Position numbers and translations under genes: made by a program. A stretch of 45,305 nt of DNA from Escherichia virus TH11: the sequence record MT446389.1, one strand, 5' to 3'. How positions within the stretch are numbered: the first letter of the stretch is position 1; the number at the start of each line of letters is the position of its first letter. This document shows positions 34,878 to 44,080 of this stretch, in pieces. Under the pieces are notes generated by a model that searched no databases, was not told the origin of the DNA, and was given only the letters and a program-made list of their open reading frames with translations.

Positions 34878-37169
34878 TTACTTCCTGTACCTGTACATAA
34901 TGTCGCCTTCGGCGGCAAGTGGGAAGCCTTTCGCCCAAATAGGCAGGTCGCACATCAGCGCGCAAAGCTCCTCGGTCGTGTAGTCGTCGGTGTCCGGCAC
35001 TTCTGTGATCAATTCGTCGTGTACTGACAGGACGATTTCATATCCGGCAGCTTCAACGCCTGGCATGGACCATGCGAGAATATCGCGGCACAACGCCTGT
35101 ACGATGTTCTCCGTCAGTTTGCCGCCGTAGGTGTACTGGAAGCCCCACTGGCGCGTAGTCTGATTCTCGCCCTGGTATTTGATGCGGGTGCTGGTGCGCT
35201 TCTTGCCGGTGTCTTCGTCAATCTCGGTCGTGACCGACAGCGCGATGCCTGGGTAGCTCATGATGCGCCCGGACGGCAACTCAATTTTCAACCACCACCC
35301 AGCGGCGTTCGGGTCGTCGCGCTCCTCGTCGAAGGTTGGGTCGTGCTTCGCCTTCGTGCGCACAATCTTAAGCGCTTTCCTACCGTCCGGGCGAACGTTC
35401 GCGCCGGCCCAGTATGCTTTGCCAGGATTGCGGATCGCACATAACACCGCGTCCTCAAGCTCGGCCCAAAAGGCTACCGTCTTCGGGTGAGCCTCGCGCC
35501 ACATACGTTTGATTGCGTCACAAGTCAGCCATACGTTTTTCGGCAGTATGTATGTTGGGCGCTCGTCCTTCTTACCGGGCTTCGGCGGGCGCTTCGCTTC
35601 GTTAATGCGGGCGTACTCATAACCACGTTTCGCCGCGGCCCAAATGTGATCCGGGAACGTGCCTTTCATCACGTCCGCCATAGTGTAAAGGTCGAGGCCC
35701 AGGTTTTTAGCGAACTGCAAGAACGCCGCGACGCCGCCACCATAGCCCAGTCCCAATTCACACGCCTTACCGATCTGGCGCAAGTCTTTGCGGTTGGCTT
35801 TGATGTAATCCGGGTCAAGGCCGAACATCTTACCGGCAGTCTCGCAATAGATATCGCGACCGGCCTTAAACACCATTAGCGCGGTTTTCTCGCCCGCGAT
35901 CCAGGCAAGGCCACGCCCTTCCACGTTGGAGTAGTCCGCGACGACAAACTTCTTGCCCTTCGCCGGAATGATGCACCCACGAACGGTCGAGGCGGTCAGC
36001 TTAGATATGTCATACGCCCAGTGCGCGGTCCCGCGTAACAGGGAGTTGATGCCGTTGGTGAGCATGTGCGACCGCACCCAAAACGAGACGTCGCTCTCGC
36101 CTTCGCGGCGCTTAATCTTCCCTTCGTGGTCGTCGCTATACTCGCCGCGTGCCAGGTTTTGCGGCTGGAAGCCTTTACCTGCCCAGCGCAGCGTGCGCTT
36201 TGCACCACCATACTGAAGACACCCACGGCGGCGACCATCTGCGGATAAGCCATTAACGAGCGGATTGTACTTAGTCGAGGCCGTTGATGACGCGCCGAGG
36301 CGCATTTCGATAAGCGCTTTGCCTTCGTCGGGGAAGTCCGTGTCTTCAAGCAGGTCGTTAAGTGTGGATTTCTGCGCGTTGTGGATTGTGAACGCCGGGG
36401 CGATATCACGCAGGATTGGCAGGAAGTCATTGCCTGTCAGTTTACCACCAAATCGCTCCCAGGCTTCCTCCTTCAATTCTTCCTTATGCGCCTGCACCGC
36501 TTTGATCGCGGCGTTCGCCAGGTCAACGTCCACATAGAATCCGCGGTCGTTGATCAACTGGTCAATAAGCAGTATCTCGTCTTCCTTCGGAGTATTACCC
36601 CAGTCCGGTATGCGCCAGTAGACCTCACGCATCGCGATAATATCCAGCGCGGCATATCGCAGAAATTTGGCCCATTCTTCAGGGTGAGTCTCGCGCGTGT
36701 AGCGGCGTATTTTGTAGGTCTTAGGGGTAGGCTTACAGAATCGTTTGATCAGCGCCTTGCCTGCCTTATCCTTCGCGTGCTCTGCGTCAACGCCCAGCAC
36801 CTGACACTGCATATCGAGGCTACCCGGCAGCGCGTGCCGAAAGGCCATAATCATGGTATCTTCGATCTGGCACACTGGCAGGTCAATGCCCCACTTCTCG
36901 CGAATGACCAGGCGGTCAAACAGGAGGCCGTTAGCCATCACGATTTTTGCTTTCTTGCGGCATACCTGGCGGAGCGCCTTGCGCAGTTCACGCGGCATTG
37001 TTGGGGATTCAGTGGCATCCCATGTCTGCACGCGGCCCTCGTCGATGGCGTATGTGCAAATCATAATCTCGGTGGTTGGGTGCTCTGCGTAGGCGTACGC
37101 CCCTACTTTCTTCAGGTCAACCCCGCTGAATGTCTCGGTGTCGAGAAACAGGCGTTCGAAGTCTTTCAT
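34878..37169 (-). CDS. DNA polymerase, family A, with 3'-5' exonuclease domain
   Basis: 763 aa; Exo I motif FLDTETFSG; typical Pol I-like C-terminal polymerase region. Confidence 0.9.
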   Translation of the reverse strand: MKDFERLFLDTETFSGVDLKKVGAYAYAEHPTTEIMICTYAIDEGRVQTWDATESPTMPRELRKALRQVCRKKAKIVMANGLLFDRLVIREKWGIDLPVCQIEDTMIMAFRHALPGSLDMQCQVLGVDAEHAKDKAGKALIKRFCKPTPKTYKIRRYTRETHPEEWAKFLRYAALDIIAMREVYWRIPDWGNTPKEDEILLIDQLINDRGFYVDVDLANAAIKAVQAHKEELKEEAWERFGGKLTGNDFLPILRDIAPAFTIHNAQKSTLNDLLEDTDFPDEGKALIEMRLGASSTASTKYNPLVNGLSADGRRRGCLQYGGAKRTLRWAGKGFQPQNLARGEYSDDHEGKIKRREGESDVSFWVRSHMLTNGINSLLRGTAHWAYDISKLTASTVRGCIIPAKGKKFVVADYSNVEGRGLAWIAGEKTALMVFKAGRDIYCETAGKMFGLDPDYIKANRKDLRQIGKACELGLGYGGGVAAFLQFAKNLGLDLYTMADVMKGTFPDHIWAAAKRGYEYARINEAKRPPKPGKKDERPTYILPKNVWLTCDAIKRMWREAHPKTVAFWAELEDAVLCAIRNPGKAYWAGANVRPDGRKALKIVRTKAKHDPTFDEERDDPNAAGWWLKIELPSGRIMSYPGIALSVTTEIDEDTGKKRTSTRIKYQGENQTTRQWGFQYTYGGKLTENIVQALCRDILAWSMPGVEAAGYEIVLSVHDELITEVPDTDDYTTEELCALMCDLPIWAKGFPLAAEGDIMYRYRK

Positions 37170-37336
37170 TGCTTTATCCTCACTACGGCGTCAGCGCTGC
37201 CGATCATGGAGAAGATGCCGTCGGACAGGGCGATCTCTTCTCCATTGTTGCGAATCTCGGCAACTGTGAAATACTCGCCCAGCAATTTGGACCATACCTG
37301 CATTCCGACTTTTACTTCGCTGGCTTTAATACGCAT
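37166..37336 (-). CDS. small hypothetical protein (56 aa)
   Basis: Stop overlaps polymerase ATG (ATGA); own translation; weak RBS. Confidence 0.3.
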   Translation of the reverse strand: MRIKASEVKVGMQVWSKLLGEYFTVAEIRNNGEEIALSDGIFSMIGSADAVVRIKQ

Positions 37337-37350
37337 TTTTCATTGTCCTA

Positions 37351-37377
37351 TTAAAAAGCCCGCATTAAGCGGGCTTG
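37351..37377 (-). terminator. rho-independent terminator on minus strand
   Basis: aagcccgc-attaa-gcgggctt with T-run on the minus strand. Confidence 0.5.
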
Positions 37378-37394
37378 AATAGTGGGCTTTGCCC

Positions 37395-38180
37395 TTAACG
37401 GCGGCGACGTTTACGTGGCGCTTCGTCTTCGTCGTCGTCCTCATCTTCGTCATCGCGTGGCTTACGACGTTTGCGAGGTTTTTCATCTTCCTCATCGTCG
37501 TCATCACGACGTTTTGACTTTTTGGACTTGCGCGGCTTGTCATCTTCATCATCGTCATCACGACGTTTTGACTTTTTGGACTTGCGCGGTGCTTCGTCTT
37601 CGTCGTCGTTGTCGTTGTCCAGGTCTTCATCGGAGCAAGAAGACCCGCCACCTCCGAAGGCTTCGCCGTCTTCACGGAATCGCAGACCCAGCAAGCCAGC
37701 CCCGAGACCTTTGCCGTTGGTATTGTTCCATGCCCAAATATCAAGGGACACGTTGCAATAACAACCGGAGTAGATCTCCTGGCCTTCGATCTCGTCGCCT
37801 TCTACGTTCAGACCTTGTTCCGTCTGCTTCTCGCCGAGTGACGTTTGAATGATCGGCTGTTTGAACGATTTGGCGTTGATATACAACATGCCTTCGAATT
37901 CTTCGGTTACTTCGTCGCGCTCGTCACCGTCGCGAACTGCGCATTCCTTAGAATCCTGGGCGTAGTGGCGGTCCATCCACTTATCGGCATTCTTCTCGGA
38001 TTTCAGCTTATCGGTGAGCACTGCGCGCGCTGCCGCTTCCACTTTGTCCACCTGCGGATCTTCTTTATCCAGAAGAATAACGGCACGGTATGCCGGTTTT
38101 TGACCATCCTGTTTAGGGGTATCACGTTCCCAAATTTTAAGGAAGCATACGCGCACATTTTTCAGGTTGACTTTAGCCAT
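37395..38180 (-). CDS. putative ssDNA-binding protein with charged repetitive C-terminal tail
   Basis: Sits between Cas4-like exonuclease and polymerase; Gly hinge then alternating acidic and K/R blocks ending RKRRRR; start trimmed to MAKVNLK. Confidence 0.5.
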   Translation of the reverse strand: MAKVNLKNVRVCFLKIWERDTPKQDGQKPAYRAVILLDKEDPQVDKVEAAARAVLTDKLKSEKNADKWMDRHYAQDSKECAVRDGDERDEVTEEFEGMLYINAKSFKQPIIQTSLGEKQTEQGLNVEGDEIEGQEIYSGCYCNVSLDIWAWNNTNGKGLGAGLLGLRFREDGEAFGGGGSSCSDEDLDNDNDDEDEAPRKSKKSKRRDDDDEDDKPRKSKKSKRRDDDDEEDEKPRKRRKPRDDEDEDDDEDEAPRKRRRR

Positions 38181-38236
38181 TTTCCAATTCCTCATTTTCA
38201 CATGTATCGGGGTTATTGTGAGCCACCCCGTCCGGC

Positions 38237-38262
38237 TTGGTTGCTAATCTACTTGGTTGCGC
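38237..38262. promoter_or_regulatory. tandem TTGGTTGC motifs upstream of SSB-like gene
   Basis: Two copies 17 bp apart in intergenic region 38202-38270. Confidence 0.4.
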
Positions 38263-38270
38263 CTGAGCGG

Positions 38271-38513
38271 TCAAGCATTTTTATTAAAAAGATTTCGTGT
38301 CACGTAGTTGGTGGCGTTCTCGATCCAGCTTAACGGCGGGCGTTCGATGTTCTTTTCCACCCAATCGACGGCAACTTCGCTATAGCCGTCATCCAGCCAG
38401 CGGGTCGGATGGCGAATCATCCACGCCACCATTAACACGCCTTGCACGCAATGCAGGATAAAGCCCAGCGCTCCGAGCAAAAACATCAATAAGATTGCGA
38501 ATACTTTATTCAT
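38271..38513 (-). CDS. small membrane protein
   Basis: 80 aa with two hydrophobic helices. Confidence 0.4.
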   Translation of the reverse strand: MNKVFAILLMFLLGALGFILHCVQGVLMVAWMIRHPTRWLDDGYSEVAVDWVEKNIERPPLSWIENATNYVTRNLFNKNA

Positions 38514-39936
38514 TGCTTAAGTCCTCGTCAGTAGCTTCCGACCACGCAGGGCGCGGGTCGTCGATTGGTGCTAACACCGGTTTGGCAGGTGCGCGCGTGA
38601 TTTTATCACACAGCTTCGCCCACACTTTCGGTTTTTCGTCCTTCAGTACCTTCTCGGCATCCGTAGGGCTGAGCAATGTTTCTTTGTACATCACATCGCG
38701 CTTGATCCGGGCCTTCGTGAAGATTTCAATAACTTCGCTCTCGTCCGCCCACTTACGGATCCCTTCCTTACCGGCAACCATCTTGAGGCCCAGCGATTCG
38801 CCATCGCCCGCCATAACCGCTTTGAATACCGCGGACTCGATAGCCTTGATGTGCTGGCGCATTGCGTCAAGACCTTCATATGCCTTGCGCAGTTCCGCCG
38901 CGCTCATAGCGCCTGGTGCCGCTTCTTTCTCACCACGCTTCGCACGTCGTGCCGCTTTGCGGGCTTCGCGGGCCATATTGCGGTCGTGATTGGCGCATTC
39001 TTCCTCTGTCGCAATACTCACGTCGTCGCCCAGGTCTTCGTCTGTTGCCGTTGGTGGGGTCATCGTGTCGATTGCAGCCTTAGCGCGGGCGCTACACTGA
39101 TCCGCAAATCTGCACCACTGGCACGCATCGACGCTGGGCCGGAAGTCTGCGCGGGTTAGTCCCTTTTTGCCGCGGGCGTACGCTTCCAGGGCGGCGATAG
39201 CACGCTTGGACGCAAACTTCGCGAATATCTCCAGGGCTTCTACAGAAATATCCCACTCCGACGCCCCGCCGCAATACGGCTGGAAGATAACCAGGCGCAC
39301 GGTCGTAATATCGTACATGGTTTGCAGCTTGCGCAGCAGGCCCAGCGCATACAACATAAGCTGTTTGTTTTCTTTCGCCTCGACCTTATGTCGTCCCGTC
39401 TTCAGGTCGCCAACAATCAGCATGTACGTGCCGTCGGTCTTCTTCATGACCATGACCATATCGGCAGTACCGAACGTCTTAACCCGGTTGCCGTCGATCT
39501 CGAAGCCGGAGTGTAGGACGCGGGTAAGATCGGCGCGCATCTCAAGCTGAACAAACTCCGCCACTTCGAGGAGCGGTCGCCAGTGGTCGATGTATGCGTC
39601 GCACTGTTTCACCATATCGTCGTTGACCAGTACGCCACCTTTCGGTGCTTTCGGGTGCGCCTTTACCGGTCCCTTACCTTCGTTCTCTACGTAGCACCCT
39701 TTGTACGTCTTCGCTGTTATTCCCTTCTCACCGGCGATAATGCGGTTGAGCACGACTTCAGATACGGTGTGCATACTCGTACCGTTAATCGCCGCCTGCC
39801 CGGATTCGTTCGGGATATCTTTTTCTACCACCAGGGCGGCAGGGCAACCCATCCATTTTTTAGCACCGGATGGGCCGAGTAAAGAGTGTTCCGTGTTGCT
39901 ACCGGATTGCGTTTTACGTTTTGGTTTAATCGCCAT
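38506..39936 (-). CDS. Cas4-like PD-(D/E)XK exonuclease
   Basis: N-terminal GPSGAKKWMGCPA and C-terminal CQWCRFADQC give a Cas4-type four-Cys pattern; long charged C-terminal extension. Confidence 0.7.
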   Translation of the reverse strand: MAIKPKRKTQSGSNTEHSLLGPSGAKKWMGCPAALVVEKDIPNESGQAAINGTSMHTVSEVVLNRIIAGEKGITAKTYKGCYVENEGKGPVKAHPKAPKGGVLVNDDMVKQCDAYIDHWRPLLEVAEFVQLEMRADLTRVLHSGFEIDGNRVKTFGTADMVMVMKKTDGTYMLIVGDLKTGRHKVEAKENKQLMLYALGLLRKLQTMYDITTVRLVIFQPYCGGASEWDISVEALEIFAKFASKRAIAALEAYARGKKGLTRADFRPSVDACQWCRFADQCSARAKAAIDTMTPPTATDEDLGDDVSIATEEECANHDRNMAREARKAARRAKRGEKEAAPGAMSAAELRKAYEGLDAMRQHIKAIESAVFKAVMAGDGESLGLKMVAGKEGIRKWADESEVIEIFTKARIKRDVMYKETLLSPTDAEKVLKDEKPKVWAKLCDKITRAPAKPVLAPIDDPRPAWSEATDEDLSNE

Positions 39937-40124
39937 TATTCCACCCTTGAAAATTGAGCAATGTAATAGTCGTGTTTAACATTGGCCCGCTTCGCGGCTT
40001 CGTTCATGGTCGATGCCAGTCCTCGGGCTTGCGTCCAGCAGCAATTCCAGTTTTGATTCATAACAATTTCGGGCTGCTCGTCGCCGGTGATACGGCAACG
40101 AAATAAAACAAAGAATATAGCCAT
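39936..40124 (-). CDS. hypothetical protein
   Basis: 62-aa ORF coupled to downstream gene. Confidence 0.35.
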   Translation of the reverse strand: MAIFFVLFRCRITGDEQPEIVMNQNWNCCWTQARGLASTMNEAAKRANVKHDYYIAQFSRVE

Positions 40125-40376
40125 TTATTTCGTCTCCCAGCGGTCAATCGTTCTTGCTTCGGATGCAACCGCAAAGCGAACATATTCCAGATTGGAGTCC
40201 GCCCAAATATAAAAGTCGGGGTTAGTAAAGGTGGTGCGCTTGATTTGCGCGGGCGTGTTACGGCGTTTATCTATTACGGCAACGCGGGATTGAAAGCTGC
40301 CGATGCGTTCGAATAGCCAATAGTACGGGCGCTGGTCGCGGGAATCCACCGCCTCGATTAGCGTGAATCGTGCCAT
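40125..40376 (-). CDS. hypothetical protein
   Basis: 83-aa ORF with RBS GAGGA. Confidence 0.4.
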   Translation of the reverse strand: MARFTLIEAVDSRDQRPYYWLFERIGSFQSRVAVIDKRRNTPAQIKRTTFTNPDFYIWADSNLEYVRFAVASEARTIDRWETK

Positions 40377-40388
40377 TGTCTCGTCCTC

Positions 40389-40418
40389 TAAAAAGAGGCC
40401 CGCTAATATGCGGGCCGG
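40389..40418 (-). terminator. intra-operon terminator/attenuator on minus strand
   Basis: ggcccgc-taatat-gcgggcc followed by CTTTTT on the minus strand. Confidence 0.45.
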
Positions 40419-40424
40419 ATAATA

Positions 40425-40550
40425 TTAATCTTCACCGCCGAGTTGTTTATAAACCTCGTCCGGGTCGTCGCCTCTTTCTTCGCAGAAGGCGGTGAATGCC
40501 GCCCAATTTTCTGCTATGAAATCGAGCATGATTCTCATTTCATAGTCCAT
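40425..40550 (-). CDS. small acidic hypothetical protein (41 aa)
   Basis: Own translation MDYEMRIMLDFIAENW...; weak RBS. Confidence 0.2.
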   Translation of the reverse strand: MDYEMRIMLDFIAENWAAFTAFCEERGDDPDEVYKQLGGED

Positions 40551-40554
40551 GATA

Positions 40555-41073
40555 TTAGTCTTCCAGTTCGAAATAAGTCTCGACGATTTCTTTTAAATCT
40601 TTGTGGAAGTCTTCGACGTCGTCGTCTTCCAGCTTGGCGATTGATTTGATCTCGAACGCTTCCAGCAGGTCGTCAAATTCGTCGTTAGCATCGTCGTCAT
40701 CGCCACCGGCGATAATCGCGGCGTACTGCTTGATCTCGTCGCGCATCTCTGCCAGCGGATCGGCATCTTTCTTCCCTTTGCCTTTCGCCGGAGCTTTTTT
40801 ACCCTTCGCCGGTTTTTCGTCTTCGGCTTCTTCATCGTCGTCATCTTCTACGACTTCTTTTTTGGCCTTACCTTTAGCCGGGGATTTTTTAGATTTAGCC
40901 GGTTTTTCGTCTTCGGCGTCATCGTCGTCATCTTCGACAACTTCTTTTTTGGCCTTAGACGGCTTCTTATCTTCCTGTTTACCAACGGCAGCGCCAACGG
41001 TTTCATAATGCTTTGCAATGGTTTCCAGTGCTACTACGCCGCGAGTGATCAGGTTTACGATTTGCTCAAACAT
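40555..41073 (-). CDS. charged tandem-repeat protein, candidate DNA mimic or nucleoid-associated factor
   Basis: 172 aa from internal ATG with RBS GGAGAT; two in-frame repeats KKEVVEDDDD..EDEKPAK.KK.PAKGK; first gene of leftward early operon. Confidence 0.55.
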   Translation of the reverse strand: MFEQIVNLITRGVVALETIAKHYETVGAAVGKQEDKKPSKAKKEVVEDDDDDAEDEKPAKSKKSPAKGKAKKEVVEDDDDEEAEDEKPAKGKKAPAKGKGKKDADPLAEMRDEIKQYAAIIAGGDDDDANDEFDDLLEAFEIKSIAKLEDDDVEDFHKDLKEIVETYFELED

Positions 41074-41269
41074 GGTATATCTCCGATTGGTTAAGTTTAG
41101 GTGTCGGCAGTTAACTTCGTCGCTGGCCTTAACATATTGCCAGGTTACGCGTTCTCCCGTTCGGGTAGTGGACCTGGTTATATAATCACGGTTGGGAATC
41201 CTGACACTTCGATCCGGCCCCTGCGTTGCCCCTCTCCAGTTTGCGTCCTGCATCCTGTCGACGGAGTGA

Positions 41270-41299
41270 ATGATAGATTGGTTGCAGGATAGGTGTCAA
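41270..41299 (-). promoter_or_regulatory. candidate early leftward promoter with operator-like motif in spacer
   Basis: Minus strand TTGACA, 18-nt spacer containing TGCAACCAAT, TATCAT. Confidence 0.4.
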
Positions 41300-41310
41300 C
41301 AACTAATTTC

Positions 41311-41346
41311 AAAAAAAAAGCGCCGAGGCAAAATGCGACGGCGCTA
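41311..41346 (-). terminator. rho-independent terminator on minus strand
   Basis: 7-bp stem AGCGCCG/CGGCGCT followed on minus strand by nine T. Confidence 0.45.
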
Positions 41347-41368
41347 ACCAATAAGAGACAATGAGACG
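41311..41368 (-). ncRNA. candidate short leftward transcript (about 58 nt)
   Basis: Minus-strand TTGAAA, 16 nt, TAATAA promoter about 60 nt upstream of the terminator; no ORF. Confidence 0.25.
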
Positions 41369-41415
41369 AGAATTATTATTACACGCGTGCGCGCCCGTTT
41401 CAATATCCAAAGGAT

Positions 41416-41444
41416 TTGACACCGTGCAGTTTTGGGTGTAGTTT
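41416..41444 (+). promoter_or_regulatory. candidate rightward sigma70-like promoter
   Basis: Perfect -35 TTGACA at 41416-41421, 17-nt spacer, weak -10 TAGTTT, upstream of gene at 41476. Confidence 0.4.
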
Positions 41445-41475
41445 CGTTGGTCATTAACCAACTGAGGGCAGAGCA

Positions 41476-41805
41476 ATGAATGTAAACGACGCAATCGAAA
41501 TGTTAACGAAGACTGTTTGCAGTGAGACAAGCCGGTCGTGGGCATACACCGATGCCGTGGGGGCTGTGTTATTTGAAATCGAACGACTGCGGCTTACCGA
41601 AAAAGAATTGCGCGCCAGGCTGGAACTACTCAACGGTACAGCAGCAAGCAAGCTGCAAAAACACAATGAAGAAATGGAAGAATACAAAAAGCAGGTTATC
41701 CGTTTGCGCGCCGAGGGTAAATCATGGGCGATGATTGCCGAGTTGACCGGGATTAATCAGAGCACAGTGCGCTCCTGGGTACGCAATAATAAAACTTCTA
41801 AGTAA
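41476..41805 (+). CDS. HTH DNA-binding regulator
   Basis: 109 aa; C-terminal KSWAMIAELTGINQSTVRSWV is a helix-turn-helix; first gene of rightward operon. Confidence 0.55.
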   Translation: MNVNDAIEMLTKTVCSETSRSWAYTDAVGAVLFEIERLRLTEKELRARLELLNGTAASKLQKHNEEMEEYKKQVIRLRAEGKSWAMIAELTGINQSTVRSWVRNNKTSK

Positions 41806-41815
41806 GGCCACGGCA

Positions 41816-44080
41816 ATGAGCTTGATTAAATTCGCTGTAACAAAACCCGCTAAAAAAGGCGAAAAAGCCAGGGCGGAAAACTTCCAGATGACGACCGATG
41901 AGTTTTTCGAATTTATCAAAGATGCGAAAGAAATCTCCTCGGTGCATATCAACAAGACGGAAGATAAAGCCGAGTATGCGCGCCGCAAGCGTAAGGCCGA
42001 TGGCATCGTGGCGTATACCAGTGACGGATTGCGTCGTAAGACCAGTGCGGTGGACCGCTCGATCCTGTTCTTTGATATTGACCGCACCGACACCCGCACC
42101 CTGCGCCGCTGCCGTAAGGCGTTCATCGACGCGGGACTGGAACATGTATTTCACACCACAACCGGCGACCGCCACCCGCTGAAAGGTGGCACGCGTTGCG
42201 CTCGTTTCCTGGTGCTCACCGACAAGCCTGTACCGGCGGAAGACCTAGGCCGCGTACAGTATGCACTGTTACACCAACTGGGCCTGTCAGATGTGGACTT
42301 CGATGATTGTACGAAAGACACAAACCGCCTTATGTACCTACCACACCAGCAGTCCGTTGTTAAGTGTCACTACGGCAAACGTGCCCGCGTCCGTCGTCTG
42401 CTTCGCCTGGCGGATAAGCTGGGAGTGGAAAAAGAGGAAGTACGACGCGAACTGACCCAGGGCGATGACGGCGTGGCTGACGGTATTCTGGATTGGTGCT
42501 TCCAGGCGGGATTCGAACCGCTGTCGTCCGGTCGTGGTTATGAAGTGCCATGCCCGAACGAACACCTGCACAGTGGTGAAGGGTCCACCGCTATCATGGT
42601 TAAGGATGGCGAGATCCGTTTCAAGTGTATGCATACCGGCAACGAGTGTTGCTCGGAGCTGAACAGACACCAGCACCTGGCGCTACGTCTTATCGGGATC
42701 CCGGACCACCTGAACGTCGAACCGCACAACATGTCACGTAAGCAAATCGCCGCCATCCTTCCAGGACTGGACGACGAGGAAGTGGAATCGTGCTATGCGC
42801 ATATCGTTGATGCGGTCGGAGACGGCGACGAGTACGGCGGATGTACAGATGCAGACCTGGACAACGAGCCGGTTGCGCTGTTCAGTAAGCACGACCCGAT
42901 CATCGAGGGGCTGATTAACTTCAAATCGACCTGGTATCTTGCTGGCGAGTCGAACATCGGTAAATCGTTCTACGTGCTGGGCCAGATGGCGTCAGTATCT
43001 GCCGGTATTCCGTTCGGCGGCGCGAAGGTCGTCCAGTGCCACAACTTCTATTTCGACGCGGAAGGTGGTGAAGCCTCCAACCAGCGTAAGGAAGCATTGC
43101 AGATCAAATATGAGCACGACCTGGACAAGCTGCACATTATCGATCTGCAGTCACGCGGCTGGGATATCACCAGCAAATCCGGCTTGCGTGAAGTTATCAG
43201 CTTTATCAACCGCACCGCTAACGGCGAGCCGGTTGGCCTGGTGGCGTTCGACTCACTCAACCAGACTGTCGCGTTGCGGTCAGCCGATGCTAAACCGTTC
43301 GACGAGAACAACGCCAGCGATATGGGCGAAGTGGTCAAAGCGCTGAAGGCTATTGCGGAAAACACAGGCGGCAGTGCGGGAGTCATCCACCACCCGGCGA
43401 AAGGTGCAAACGGCAGCAGATCTCCCCGCGGGTCCGGCGCGCTGCATGGTGCTGTCGATTCCGCGTTCTTCCTGGAGCAACCGGACGACAATCAGCCGGG
43501 CCAATTGAACCTGTACCATGAGAAGGCACGTAACGGCATCAAGCAAGCGCCGCGCGGCTTCGTCCTGCTTAAGTGCAAGGTTAAGGTGGATCTCCGCAAG
43601 TCAGAGGCGTTCGAATCGCACCAGTCCACCAGCACCGGGCCTGACTTCGGTGATGTGGTTGCAGGATGGGACGTCAAGCCGATCGCATCAACGCCACGCG
43701 ACGAGACTCTTTACCTCGTACCTGTCGCCCTGGCACCGTTCGCTATTGAGCAGGCGAAGGCCGCGGGTAAGGCAGCAGTTAAGGAAGAGAACCCCGCAGG
43801 ACCGCGCAACGAAAAAGAGAAAGTGCTTTATGCGGCGCTGGAAAAACTGATGGAAGATAACCCGGACCATACCGGATTCAGTAAATCGGCAATCGTCCGC
43901 CAGGCTGGACTTGCGAAAGGTGGCACATCGACGAAGGCAATAGACGATATGGTCGAGCGCGGCGTGCTCGGTTTCTATACAGATCCGCACACCGGGGCCA
44001 TCTATGGGTCATCGAATATCGTCATCAAAACGAATATACCCATCACGCTTTCGGCGACCGATGATGATTTAAAAGATTAA
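41816..44080 (+). CDS. bifunctional primase-polymerase / helicase
   Basis: N-terminal AEP-like FFDIDRTD, Cys/His zinc cluster, C-terminal Walker A AGESNIGKS and Walker B LVAFDSL. Confidence 0.8.
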   Translation: MSLIKFAVTKPAKKGEKARAENFQMTTDEFFEFIKDAKEISSVHINKTEDKAEYARRKRKADGIVAYTSDGLRRKTSAVDRSILFFDIDRTDTRTLRRCRKAFIDAGLEHVFHTTTGDRHPLKGGTRCARFLVLTDKPVPAEDLGRVQYALLHQLGLSDVDFDDCTKDTNRLMYLPHQQSVVKCHYGKRARVRRLLRLADKLGVEKEEVRRELTQGDDGVADGILDWCFQAGFEPLSSGRGYEVPCPNEHLHSGEGSTAIMVKDGEIRFKCMHTGNECCSELNRHQHLALRLIGIPDHLNVEPHNMSRKQIAAILPGLDDEEVESCYAHIVDAVGDGDEYGGCTDADLDNEPVALFSKHDPIIEGLINFKSTWYLAGESNIGKSFYVLGQMASVSAGIPFGGAKVVQCHNFYFDAEGGEASNQRKEALQIKYEHDLDKLHIIDLQSRGWDITSKSGLREVISFINRTANGEPVGLVAFDSLNQTVALRSADAKPFDENNASDMGEVVKALKAIAENTGGSAGVIHHPAKGANGSRSPRGSGALHGAVDSAFFLEQPDDNQPGQLNLYHEKARNGIKQAPRGFVLLKCKVKVDLRKSEAFESHQSTSTGPDFGDVVAGWDVKPIASTPRDETLYLVPVALAPFAIEQAKAAGKAAVKEENPAGPRNEKEKVLYAALEKLMEDNPDHTGFSKSAIVRQAGLAKGGTSTKAIDDMVERGVLGFYTDPHTGAIYGSSNIVIKTNIPITLSATDDDLKD

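Noticed and set aside
36381-37382. 333-aa plus-strand ORF
   Set aside because: Antisense to the DNA polymerase gene, whose coding assignment is far better supported.
37471-37761. 96-aa poly-Ser plus-strand ORF and similar 40601..41008 ORF
   Set aside because: Both are antisense translations of the charged tandem repeats in the SSB-like and acidic-repeat genes.
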